64,000 nucleotides of DNA from Bispira polyomma. Taxonomy: Eukaryota. Below the pieces are notes generated by a model, which was not told the DNA's origin, searched no databases, and saw nothing but the letters and a program-made list of their open reading frames with translations. This document shows, piece after piece, positions 38,680-50,320 of this stretch. The position numbers were made by a program, and so were the translations under genes. The stretch is taken from positions 69,564,001-69,628,000 of the forward strand of contig OZ287750.1 of the NCBI GenBank assembly GCA_965649765.1, read 5' to 3'. Position 1 is the first letter of the stretch. Each line of letters begins with the position of its first letter.

Positions 38680-41600
38680 TTACTCTGAGTCCTCCCCCTT
38701 TCCGCCAACTAGGGTCAATTCTTAATACACTAGATAGTAGGTTTCAGTGTGTCGAGCACAACAACTTTAGGGGCCTGCTGAATCAGTTCCCCATCCTAGT
38801 AAATACCCCTTTTAAAAAACTATTCTTGTTCCCAAGCACATACTTCCCACACTTTTTCCAATTAGCCAATCACTAATTAGACCACTTTTCATTAGAAATT
38901 GTGTCCCCACTTTTGGGTGCAATATTGGACCAAGCATTCAAAGGGTCAAACAAAAAGAAAATTTTATTTACTGGAATATATTGAAGGTTTTATGTTTCTT
39001 ACAACAAGTGATTTTATCTGTTTTTAATATATACACACTATGGGGAAGACGAAAGCACCAGATAGTGTTCCGTTATCTAAGAAGAAAATGACTTCAAAAC
39101 GTGGCGGCTCGACAAAGTTGAATTGAAAGGGGCATGTAACTCGACCCCATTAACCTGCCCTACACAGCAGGGCATTAACAATACCATGTTAGAATTGCGG
39201 CCACCCGTTACAGACAGATTTCCCTTGATTCAACCGGGTAACCACCACACTGCCCAGATGCATGCAGACGTCCACGCCACTCAGGCTTTGCCACCCAGGG
39301 CCCCTCTGGCGCACAACATCACGACTATCAGCGAGATGGCATCATCCCTCGACCGGATGTCTTGAAAACCTTACCTGAAGTCAACGCAGCAGTGAACCAA
39401 CGGCTAGCGGCTTATGATGTGCAGCTCAGAACAGACTTGTCGCAAGGTAAGACCTCCCTCAGGCAAAAATCCGGCTGCTTCAATACCACAGATGTTATTA
39501 CATCTGACCCTAAATCCCGGTGGCCCAACGAGGGTTGGATCGGAGGCACTGCTCGTAAACGATCCTGTTTTGATGACCTTACACTGTCACAGTGGGCTGC
39601 AGGGTAGTTGTTTAATATAGTGCAGGTCCCAGACGCCACTACCATGCGGAACATGATGTATCAAATGATTTATACGCTCAGAGACTCAGCTTCTCTTCCC
39701 TGGCCCGCTGATAGGTCAGGTTGGGCATTGAATATGCAAGAAGTCGAGGTGGGTCGGTTGGATTGGTTGAACTCCACCCAGTGGGCTCTAAATCGCATGA
39801 ACACCTCACAGTTGGCTCTGATTAATGGCCACGTCGCACAGGCCCCACAGGCAGCACAGAAGTCCAAAAATGTATGTAAATTTTACAACAATGGCACTTG
39901 CAACCACGAATTCGACCACGGACAGTATCGTCATATATGTAATCAATGTTTTCGCTCAGCTAATAGGGAGAACACGCACCCAGAACTTAAATGTGTCAAG
40001 GCGAATGTTTCAAAAAGATCTTCAGACAAGCAGACACCCAGCTAGGGAGTTGGTCGCCGACCAAGTGAACAAACTTACAGAGAGAGTAGCGTATTTAAGG
40101 GTATTAGAAATAAAGTCAATAGTTATAATAATGTTGTGTATATTGATAATTGTAATGTGAGAAGGCAATAGTCAAATAATTTGAAAAAAATCACATAGGG
40201 CCCCTCAGAGGTGCCATAGTGTGAAAGACTATAATGTAAAAGCTAAAAATATACATTCAATTGGTAATGTCAAAACTATTGATTCTGGTGACTCTGAACA
40301 AGGCTGTGACAGGTCTGGTAGTGGGGAATCAGACATGATGAAGCATCATGCAGAAATTTTCCCAAGAGAGGGAAATTTCTATGAAATGGGGAATCAAAAT
40401 ATTAGACAGAATGGCCACCATGAGAGTGGGAATGGGCTCACTAAAGATCGTATTTTGGAAAGACCTCAAAAATCTGAGATTACCCAACTGGGTTACCATG
40501 ATAATGGTAACAATAATGTTTCAATTAATATACACGGGCCTAATTATAGACACAGGTATTGTTATGTTCAAAGACCAGATGTCAATCAAGGTGACAAGCA
40601 GTATGTGTTCGTGTATGGAGGCACAATTAAGACTAAATGCATAGTTTCAGTAATGAACTATGAATTCTATGATTATCATGATATTAACGCCAAGGCTAAA
40701 GCATTGGTATATTTAGAATTTCCAAATTGTCGTGACATGTCAGGTTTTTGTGCTAGGGAGTGGGACAATGCAGACAGCAATTTGATTTATACAGGTCTAG
40801 ACGAGTTACCAGGTTTCCAACTGAGGGTGACTAAAGGACAAGGAATAATGATGACTGGTCATAAATGGAACAGGGTCTAAAAGTTTAATGACAAAGAAAT
40901 AATAGGGGCAGCAAATGCTCATGACAATTACAACAAAGACCTGGCATGTCACAAGGCACTTGGTTGTGCTTACTCTCAATTTATATGTAATATTATAGAA
41001 AAGATAATTTGAAAATGATGATATACATGTTAATAGTAATAAAGTTCAGAAACCCATAAATAAATGGGATAAAATGCACAAGGTGATTTGTACTTCCGCT
41101 CCGCTCATTAACAACCTGGATGGGCTGGTGGCCCCAGACATAGAAGTTAATTCTTCAAAAACTTTACCTTGTAAGGACATTGATAACCTTGATAAGTACA
41201 CAAGCTTCATTAAGCTTATTAGCACTCCATTTCAATTTGTAGGGCCAGACAGAGATTCGGTTCTGCTAGAAAATATTAAGGACATTACACTCTCTGCAAA
41301 TATCATAAGGGACACAAGACTTCCAAATTACAGGCAGGCACGAATACCTGTCAAATCCCAGGTAAACATCGCGGCTTGGGAAAACATAATGCAGGACCAC
41401 CCAGACAAAATAGTAACCCAATACCTTAAATTCGGTTTTCTGTTGTCCCTAGAGAACGCAGACCAATTACAGGTTAAACAGGTGACTAATCATCACTCTG
41501 CTCTTGAATACTCAAATGCGATTGTTCAATATCTAGACAAAGAAAAGTCTAAAGGGGCCATGTTAGGTCCAGTGGAAGTACTTTCGGATTTACGTTACCA

Positions 41601-42950
41601 CTGTTCCCCCCTAATAACCAGACCGAAGGACCGTGACAAACGTAGAGTTATACTAAATCTCTCTCACCCATTGGGGGATTCAGTAAATGATCATGTTAGC
41701 AGAGATACCTATGATAACACAAAATGTCTCCTTAAGTTTCCTAACATAGATACTATCACTTCTAACATTTTAAAATTTACTGACCCAGTAATGTTCAAGG
41801 TCGACATAGCCAGAGCTTTCCGTAATTTGAGAGTAGACCCTGTTAATGCTCTTAAACTTGGTATATCTCACGACAATAAGTACTACGTTGATGCTGCAGT
41901 CGTATTTGGGTGGGTGCACAGCAGTGCCGTATTTCAGCGCTGCTCGGACATTGTCGCAGATCACATGAGAAAGCAAGGATTTGACCTTTCATGCTACATT
42001 GACGATTATATTTGCGTCTGTCAAAAATCGGATGCACAATGAGGTTTTGACATCCTATGTAAATTACTTAAAAACTTTGGTCTCCCAATAAACCCGGTGC
42101 CTCTGTGGCCTAGTAGTTAGCAAGCATTGCGCTTCACAATCACTGGTCTCTCACCTCTGGGTGGCATGGGTTCGAATCCTGTTGATGCCAATCTGGGTAA
42201 GGTGGTAGTTCCTTACTGTGGGCTGCTGGTTTCAGTGCAGAACCTTGACCGACTGTATGCAGTGTTTCCTCCAGCGTTTCCAACTACCCGTCCCAATATA
42301 GCCTACTAAAAGGTACTAGAGTGGACGTTAAATATCCATATTCAAATATTCTCCCAATGAACCCAGAAAAAATTGCACCCCCCTCTACACAGGTTACATT
42401 CTTAGGTATCGACATTAACATTGATGAGGGCACTATTAGTATAATCCCTGAAAAAATAAAAGAAATTCAACATATTGGCATTGACCATTTTACCCATGGT
42501 TTCCACACTTTTCGCAGGTCAGGTGCAACATTAGCATTCAATAACAATATTTCTTTACAAAATAGTATGGCACATGGGCTTTGGCGCAGCTCAGCAGTTT
42601 GGACTTATCTTCAATCTACATCACAAGCTGCCTCTGTGATTCCTCACACTTTTGCAAACATTGTCCCCTCCTCTTTCTAACTTGGGTTTGGGTTCATTTA
42701 AAATCTCAGCTACCTCTTCAATTTTAAATATTTAATACTGATTACTGTATATTGTACATAGCCATACTAACTTGTACAGAAAAAACCCCTCCAAAACAGT
42801 ATCTTTTCATGGTCTTATATCACCAACCATAGACACTTCGATATCACCAACTTACTTTGACTACACATAGGGAACTAGATAGATATAATCCTAGACTTAA
42901 CCGTCTTATTTTAAATTCCACCACGTTGAGCAGCAAGTTAATTTGTTCTG
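38680..42950 (+). mobile_element. DIRS/Ngaro-like tyrosine-recombinase retrotransposon, internally deleted; outer boundaries approximate
   Basis: gag 39040..40045 with CKFYNNGTC..H...HICNQC finger. RT 41074..42460 (RRVILNLSHP, FKVDIARAFRNL, FGW, YIDD, FLGI). YR C-terminus 42475..42680 (HTFRRSGAT, HGLWRS, VWTY). RNase H and the YR N-terminus are missing. Confidence 0.92.
42096..42349 (+). mobile_element. tRNA-derived SINE inserted in the RT
   Basis: A box (tggcctagtagtt) and B box (ggttcgaatcc). The 15-bp TSD is tctcccaat(a/g)aaccc at 42081..42095 and 42350..42364. Removing the insert restores GLPINPEKIAPP. Confidence 0.9.
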
Positions 42951-43530
42951 CCTAGAAAATTAAATTGCATCTAACTAAAATGAAAAAAGGGTGAATTGTT
43001 CTTTTTAAATTCTTCGCTTCTGACATGATATCACCAGCACATTTGTGGGACTCAAAGCGATGTCTATCCTTTCCAAGTTTCAAAATTGTGGTGTGGAGAA
43101 AAGCTTACTAATTACATAAAAAAGTAAGCCATGCATCTATACTCCCAGTAATTGCCCAAAAAAAAAATAATATTGAGCATGTTGAGAATGTCTATTTAGC
43201 TAACAAATACATTGATAAGGGACATTGCTCTATTTTTAAACTGCAATGACCTATTATTGTACCTTTTTAAAAAATAAAAATAGAAAACAAAATCCTAGGC
43301 GACCAAAAGATATTTTCATCTTGATCAGCATTAAGCCAGACCATTGCAACTTTCAACTTTTTAAAACTATGTGTTTTCTGATTCCCTTTCTTTTTCTTTG
43401 TGGGGTGAGGGATACCTGCGGTATTTTGGGTTGGTGTCCCTCACCACATTTATGAAAATAAATAATGTATATATAAGTCAATTGTGTGACATAATCAAAT
43501 TGTAACGATCTTGCATGCTTGGTTTAAAAT

Positions 43531-44052
43531 ATATGTCATGGTAGGAAGTCCAATATGGTAGAATTTGGAATTCTACTGGTAGAAAGTTCAATTGAAGTTT
43601 CTACCGGTAGAAAGTCCAATTGGAAAATTTGAAGAAAAAACAAGAAAACACAATCTGTGATTTATGTTTTATTGTTTAAAACAAATGGAGTAAAGGGCTT
43701 TATACTAAAAGGTACCTGGACTAATTAATGATGTTTGCATATTTGGTTTGTATTACATAGTTGTACAGAGTATAGTTTGGCAACAATTGCATCAACTATC
43801 TTGTCATGTTAATGCTGTGGAAAACAACAAGATTCGCAATATTTTAAATTTCTGACATCTTTGTCATTAAAATATAGATACTTTGACAAAGTTTTCTTAT
43901 TATCATAAAAAAAAAATATCGAGTCAGTAATGTAAAATACATTTTCATTTTTGTATATAACAAACAGAATTGGACTTTTTACTGGTTGAAAGTCTAATAA
44001 GAGTCTAATAAGAAGAAAATTTACCAGATTGGACTTTGTACCATATACATTT
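43531..44052. mobile_element. MITE-like element with repetitive inverted ends
   Basis: atggtaggaagtccaatatggtagaattt versus aatttaccagattggactttgtaccat, with internal (a)aagtccaat repeats. Confidence 0.6.
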
Positions 44053-44709
44053 ATGTCAGTTAAATAAACTGCCCATTATAATCCACATCTTGTGTTTTCA
44101 TCTTAGTTCATAAAGATTCCTGAATTTGGGCTGATATAAAAAGTGTTTTATTAGTTCCGTAGTTCAGTTATGTCTCACCAAGCCTTAAAGGTTTTCTATT
44201 CCATTGACTGGCTGGTCAATTCAGTTTAAACTTAATCTTCACAAAACCCTTTTATACCAGCATTATATCTAAAACACAAATGTCAGCAGCTATTTCATTC
44301 ATTTTACACCTTTTGCTACAAAAATGAAAGATTTCATCTGACATTAGATTTATACGCCAGGCCAGATGCTAAAGGTTTTCACCTTGGGTGTATGTCAATA
44401 ATCCCTTATCATTGTTTGGGCCCGAGCTTAAATTGATCAAAAAAGCAACACTCATTTATTGTATTTAGTCTGTTCTATCTACTCTCAGCACGCACATCAT
44501 TAGTCTATACCTGTTAGCTATTTGTGTGTGTGATTACCATTACCTACCTCCAACTCTGTCTCCATCCTCAGGTAATTTTAAGTTAACTTGAATTATTTAC
44601 AAATATCTATTGATGCTATTTATGCTGTATTGCTTGAATATTTTTACTTTCGTTAGTAATTCTCATTGGTGTAAACTAATCTGTATATTATATTATGTGT
44701 ATATTTTTT

Positions 44710-44958
44710 ACATATTTAAATTGCATAAACAAGGTTTGTGTGTAAAATAGAGCAAAAGTGTTTCAAACTATAACTATAACAAACAGTGTTAAACAAGGTG
44801 AAGTACACTCTCCTGTTTCATTTACTGTTTGTATTAAGGAATTGTTTAAGAGATTAGTAGCATGTGGAATTGGATGCTATATTGGTAATAAATTTATGGG
44901 GGCTTTTGGATATGCCAAAGACTGCCTACTGGTTAGTCATACCATTACATATTTTTAG
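44710..44958 (+). mobile_element. LINE RT fragment (RTE/RTE-X-like)
   Basis: NSVKQGEVHSPVSF...GIGCYIGNKFMGAFGYAKD is a decayed GVKQG..LSP..F / GYADD. Confidence 0.8.
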
Positions 44959-47797
44959 TCACAGTAGAATTCCATGTAGTTTGTCAGTATTAAGTGTGAA
45001 ATGACATCCTAATGAAATACAAGAGTGTAATTTAGTCAAGCCACATTTTATCTGACATTTTATGCTCAAACACGGATATCCTTGTACAGGTGAAATTAAA
45101 TTGCTTGAGGTAAAAATATAAGTAGACGTCTTGTATTTATGATGAGATATGTACTATTTTGTTGGTATCATTAGAGAATAGAAAAAGGAAATTGAAGTGC
45201 ACAAAGACCAGCATGCTAATAATCTAAAGAATATGGCCGAATTTTAGACATAGTAAGACAAGCCAAAGGGCTGTAATTTATGGGAAAAGTTTACATTGTT
45301 GTGCTATTTCAGATTTACTAAAAAGACAGACACTCAATACTCTTACAAAAAATAAGAAAACAACAAGCCAAAAACAACAAGAATGTTAAAAGTAATTATC
45401 CAGTACTAATATTAATATTCCATTTGTGCACAAGGTTAAAAACTTTTTGGTTTGTCCAAATATAATATTAAAAACCATCAAAAACACCTTTGATACAGCT
45501 AGAAAATCTAATCCTCTTTCATTGCTCTCATTCTCCCCATCTTTTTAGTCATTCTCTGCGGCTTCATAGTAGATAGGCAGTAAGTCATTCATCTTCTCTA
45601 AGTATGTACGGTCCATCATCCTTTATTCGACTATACATACAAACTCGTACATAATTCCCCGTACACTGTCATAATCCTACCAATGTTGTAAAGACCCTGT
45701 GATTAGATTGGTCCATTTTTTGGCAAAATTTTAATCCAAATTATCAAGATGTACCACAAAAGATAAGGAAGCTAGTCGAATCAATCTATGGTGGAGCTAG
45801 GATTATATTAGGAGGTTCTAAGATGTGCTACAACTCAATAAGGATTATAAAATTGACAAAAATCTTGGTTGGAGGCCAACAGGTTGTAACCAGTTCAAAA
45901 GTATCATAGCAGTGTTAATATCAACCGATATGCCAAGAATGTCGAAAATGTCAAAGAATTAGATTGGGCATATTCAGGGGTCTGAGTTATGAATTTGGGA
46001 CATACCCTTAATGTACATGACTGTTGAGTACCCTGCCTGAAAATATAAATGTTTGTACAGTTTGCACCAAAAACAATGGCAATGCAATCAACTTGTTAAA
46101 AACCATAGCAATATTTAAGGTATCCCACATTATCAAAACTTTGCCTAGAGCTTTCACTTTAATCTCATCTATGCAGCAGAATTATTATGAAGAATCCACC
46201 CAGTAAGAATAGATTTCTCACTTCTGTATGAAGAAGTTCTTGTTATTTATCATGTAACAAAGGACTGGTAATTAATATTTAGGATCTATTGACATCCAAG
46301 GCTAGTGTAATGTGATTACTAATGCTCAGATCATTGTTCAGCTACTAGGTGGATTTTTTAACTCTAACCCAACTTGTTGGGTTTTTGCAGTCGATTTAAC
46401 ATATTTATTGTTTATTTTACACAGTTTATATTAAGGATGACATTATTATTCACAATATAACCAGCATTATTCAGTGCCATTCATAAAGTTCCTCGAAAAC
46501 TATAAATATAACACTTTCTCAATGGTGTAGCCTTTTGCCTTCTGCTTTATCTGCTGTGGGTTTAAATTTTATACAGGAAAAATGGCAGTGCACTTTCACA
46601 GAAACCTTGACCAACTACTCAGAGTTTTTTCCTCCTAACCCAGGTATTGAAAGTGGCATTAAACTAGATGTAAGCGCAATCTACAATCGCCTTTCCATCA
46701 AAAAAGAACAAAATATAAAAAGTAGCCAAGTTTACAGATGAAATATATTAATCAGTGTATGCAGGAAAGTTGGCAGGTATTTTAAAAATTATTGTTTTGC
46801 GGTACAGACTAAATACTTACACTGGTTTTCTCCCTGAATTATATGTCTGTTTATTTAAAGTACCTCGTTATAGGTATTGAAAGTGACCAGTGACCAAAGT
46901 AAACTTTTAGTAAGCTCAATCTATGAGTGTGCCTTTTATCGAAAAAGAACAGATTAAAATGTGAAAAGGAACTAAGTTTACAAGTGAATTATATTAATCA
47001 GTCAATCACTGGGACAATGTCACGATCACTAAATTCGGAAACTAAATAACAAGTTGTGGCTTATATTCTAGCCATACAATACGCATTTCCCTGGTTGCAG
47101 TTGGTGTATGAAAAAAATCAAAAGAGAGAATGGTGACACCCACCATTGTTTTATTAGTGAACCACTTCCACTGAATACATGAGTGTATGAACCATAAAAT
47201 ATTTGAAAACTGTGGTACAAATAGTGACAATCAAAATATTTATTTAAACTAATCTAATAAAAATATTAACTTGTTACAATTTGTTAGACAATACCTGTAA
47301 TTGGAAATAACAATGGTTTGGTGAGGTTGCAAGAATGCAGACTAGTAGCAAGTTCATTCAGTGACGAAGGTCAGGGACACCGAGCCGCACTACTTTCGTA
47401 GGCAGCGTTGGTCGTCTCAGTTCATTATTGGCGCTAACTGGGACGGACGTATAATTTTATTCCCACCATGTCCTCCCCGTAAGGCTATTGTTAAGGTTGT
47501 TAAGTATAGTCACCTTATATATGTTAATAAAGTGGTGCGGTGGTTATTGTTCTAGTATTCACTTCAAATAATCACATAATCTATCATGGTTGTAGCCTAT
47601 TGGCTAATACTTGTATGTAATATAAAATATGAATACATGAAAAAAACATATACCAAGAGATATTGTGTTATATTTGTGTTCAATCAAGCTGTGTTTGATA
47701 TACATATGGTCAACACAGGCCCTACCACAGCATATCGTAGGTACTTTCTTATGGAGTTTAGTTTTAGGATTTGTTTCATATCTCGATTACAGTTTAA

Positions 47798-48666
47798 GGC
47801 TTTAGTAACATAAACACAAAAAATGATCGCCGATAACCACGTTATGTGTGCTGGGACTTCTTAGAAACTACACAACTTTTTCTTTGTGGCCTAAAACTCG
47901 ATTTATGGATAACACATTTACATTTTCATGAATAGAAATAATAAAGAGTCAGATATATTTTTATTATATAGTAATTCATATATTTTATGTATCGTTTTAT
48001 TAGGTACCTTGAGAAATACAATACATATAGCAGTGTGTAAAATTGTAACTAAAATGGGTAATATTTTCAAAGTACATGCTTCACAAACGTCACACAATTC
48101 ATATACTAAAAAGAGATCAATACTGAAGTATTGTATATGACTAGAAAAAGGAAAACATCAGCATTATTTTGAATGAATTCGTTTTTCAATCAAAGCACAA
48201 AAACAGGGATAATTTTTGAAAAACGTAAAAGTTACACTCTTCTAAACAGAAAGATGTTTTGTATTCTTCGTATTTACAAAATAAGGAAACATATTAAAAA
48301 ATGTAAATCATTGGAAATAATATACACGTTTTTTAAAGTTGTGTAGCATATATATTGTGTTCATATATGCTGGATCAATACTCGTATTGTGACACAATAG
48401 AAAGGGCTGTCTGCAAGATTTGTTTACAAATATGACGTTCTACCACAGTTTTCAAATTGTGTGACGTCACAATACAAGAATCGCTATATGGGTGTTTTAT
48501 AGTTTTATAACAAAGCATTAACCTTTTAATTTGTTTAGACGTATAAAAATGGTTAGATTAAATATACTTTTCAAGTCATCATAGTTGTGATACATAGTAG
48601 AAATGAACAGTCGTAAAGTATCATACTTTATCATGGACGTGTTTTTGTGTTTACATTACTAACACC
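47798..48666. mobile_element. Non-autonomous Kolobok-like DNA transposon (869 bp), present only in copy B
   Basis: TTAA at 47794..47797 and 48667..48670. TIRs ggctttagtaacataaacacaaaaa and tttttgtgtttacattactaacacc, with GG termini. Copy A has the empty site cagtTTAAggaaatc at 323..326. Confidence 0.85.
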
Positions 48667-49420
48667 TTAAGGAAATCAGGGCTTTCTGCTTTTTAAGGCC
48701 TTCAAGCAAGGCTACTTCCAACTTTTTCACGTGGATTTGAAGGATGAGATTCTAACCAATGTCAGCAGTGGCGAGAGGTGAGTGTGTTACCACTGCTTAA
48801 TGTGTAAAGCTGGCTCAAGCAATTGATGAAAGTCCTTACATTTGGGTACTGTCATGTACAAAATCAAGGTGTTGGTATGTAAGTAGAGGAAACATGGGTA
48901 CTAAAATCAGATGCCAATATCAGCTTTTAGCCATTCACAGCAGATTTAGAGTGCTTCTATGAATTTGGTAAGACGACGTTTTGACCTAGACGCAACTTTC
49001 CATATTGAACAAGGATATAGACAGGATACCTGTTGGGTTGATGTCTATTGCCTTGTCTAGTGATCAATTAGTCAGTGATAAAAAATTGCGCCAAATGCAG
49101 CTTTGTCCCTAATAAATATGCATTATGTATGATAAAACTATACACCATTGATTTTACTTTTGTATATTAAGGCGCATATGACAAAAAAAGAACCAACAAC
49201 AATGTTATTTAAGCACACTTGTTTTGTATTTAGTTTTATCAAATTTAATTTTAAAACATACAACTCTGAAAATACAGAAAGTTATTTAAGCAGATTCAAT
49301 GAAGTGCAAGCTGCAAGGTAATGCAATGTAAATGATATGCAAGGTAATATAAAAACCCAGTGGGTATAGTTTTTACTTTTGATTTAGATTTTTAAAAATA
49401 CAAAAAAAAATCATTATTGC

Positions 49421-50320
49421 TCATACTAGTATTGCTTCTTCATCCTCAAGCAGAGGCTGTAGCTGTAGCAAAGCTGAAGTGGACAATCTAGGTGACTCAG
49501 AAACATTGTTGCCATGGCTATACGGTGACCCCTCAGAGATATTTCCAGGCGGAGTGGGCAGAATTAAGGCTGACACTACACTGGTATCAGGAGCTGTCCA
49601 ATCAGTGCTACATCCAGCCTCAGCCTCAGGGAAACCACGCAAACATTCATGTTCAGGCTTCTGGCACAGGGCAACAGTTACCTCAGGAATATCTATGTCT
49701 GAAGGGGTATCATTGCTGACATAAGTCTCCATTGTATTCTCATTGGACAATAAATCAGCATCCAACTTTGATTGGAATGTCTCGGCATCGCAGGATTTAG
49801 ATCTTTGTGGCATCGTCTTTCCTGAACCTTTAGAAGAATGGGGCAAGTGATCTGAATTCACTGATTTAGATCTAATTTCAGACAACAGCTCTTTGTGGGA
49901 GTCACACTGTGCAAACCCTCGACCGGTGTGACCTTGATTTTTCCTATCAGATGTGATGTTGATCCGTCCGTGTTTCTTCTGCATGGCCAAACGTGTTTGG
50001 AACTTCTCTTGTCGGCGAGCAACCCTCCTCAATCTGTCGATGTCCTTCATATATTTGCTGACGCCATGGTCTGACATACTCTTCTTGACAAGGGACCCTA
50101 TCATCAGAATAATGGAAAATCCATATATGAATATTACAGCACACACATAGTACAAGGCACCTTGACTATCATAGTCATCGGTTGTAGAATTAAATCGACT
50201 GGTGTTAAATGTATCAAGAGACTCTAGTATCGTTGCTATGAATGTTCCATTGTCTAGTCTATGTATAGACAAATGAATATCGTTATTATCAGATATCAGT
50301 CTATCTTTGCTGACCATCAT
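49421..50320 (-). CDS. Single-pass membrane protein (299 aa), KCNE/MinK-like TM segment; paralog B
   Basis: Intact ORF, about 44 substitutions plus two in-frame indels relative to 1100..1993. Sequons (NGT, NTS, NST), the TM segment and the EEAILV terminus are retained. Confidence 0.85.
   Translation of the reverse strand: MMVSKDRLISDNNDIHLSIHRLDNGTFIATILESLDTFNTSRFNSTTDDYDSQGALYYVCAVIFIYGFSIILMIGSLVKKSMSDHGVSKYMKDIDRLRRVARRQEKFQTRLAMQKKHGRINITSDRKNQGHTGRGFAQCDSHKELLSEIRSKSVNSDHLPHSSKGSGKTMPQRSKSCDAETFQSKLDADLLSNENTMETYVSNDTPSDIDIPEVTVALCQKPEHECLRGFPEAEAGCSTDWTAPDTSVVSALILPTPPGNISEGSPYSHGNNVSESPRLSTSALLQLQPLLEDEEAILV

Noticed and set aside
42096-42190. tRNA gene (also 18298-18375 and 59260-59335)
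   Set aside because: A and B boxes are present, but there is no convincing cloverleaf. The 42096 copy continues into a SINE body with TSDs.
45720-46210. Coding-like relic
   Set aside because: No recognisable motif and several stops.
47290-47566. Solo LTR (GC-richer block, aataaa, CA end)
   Set aside because: No convincing TG start with a matching TSD.
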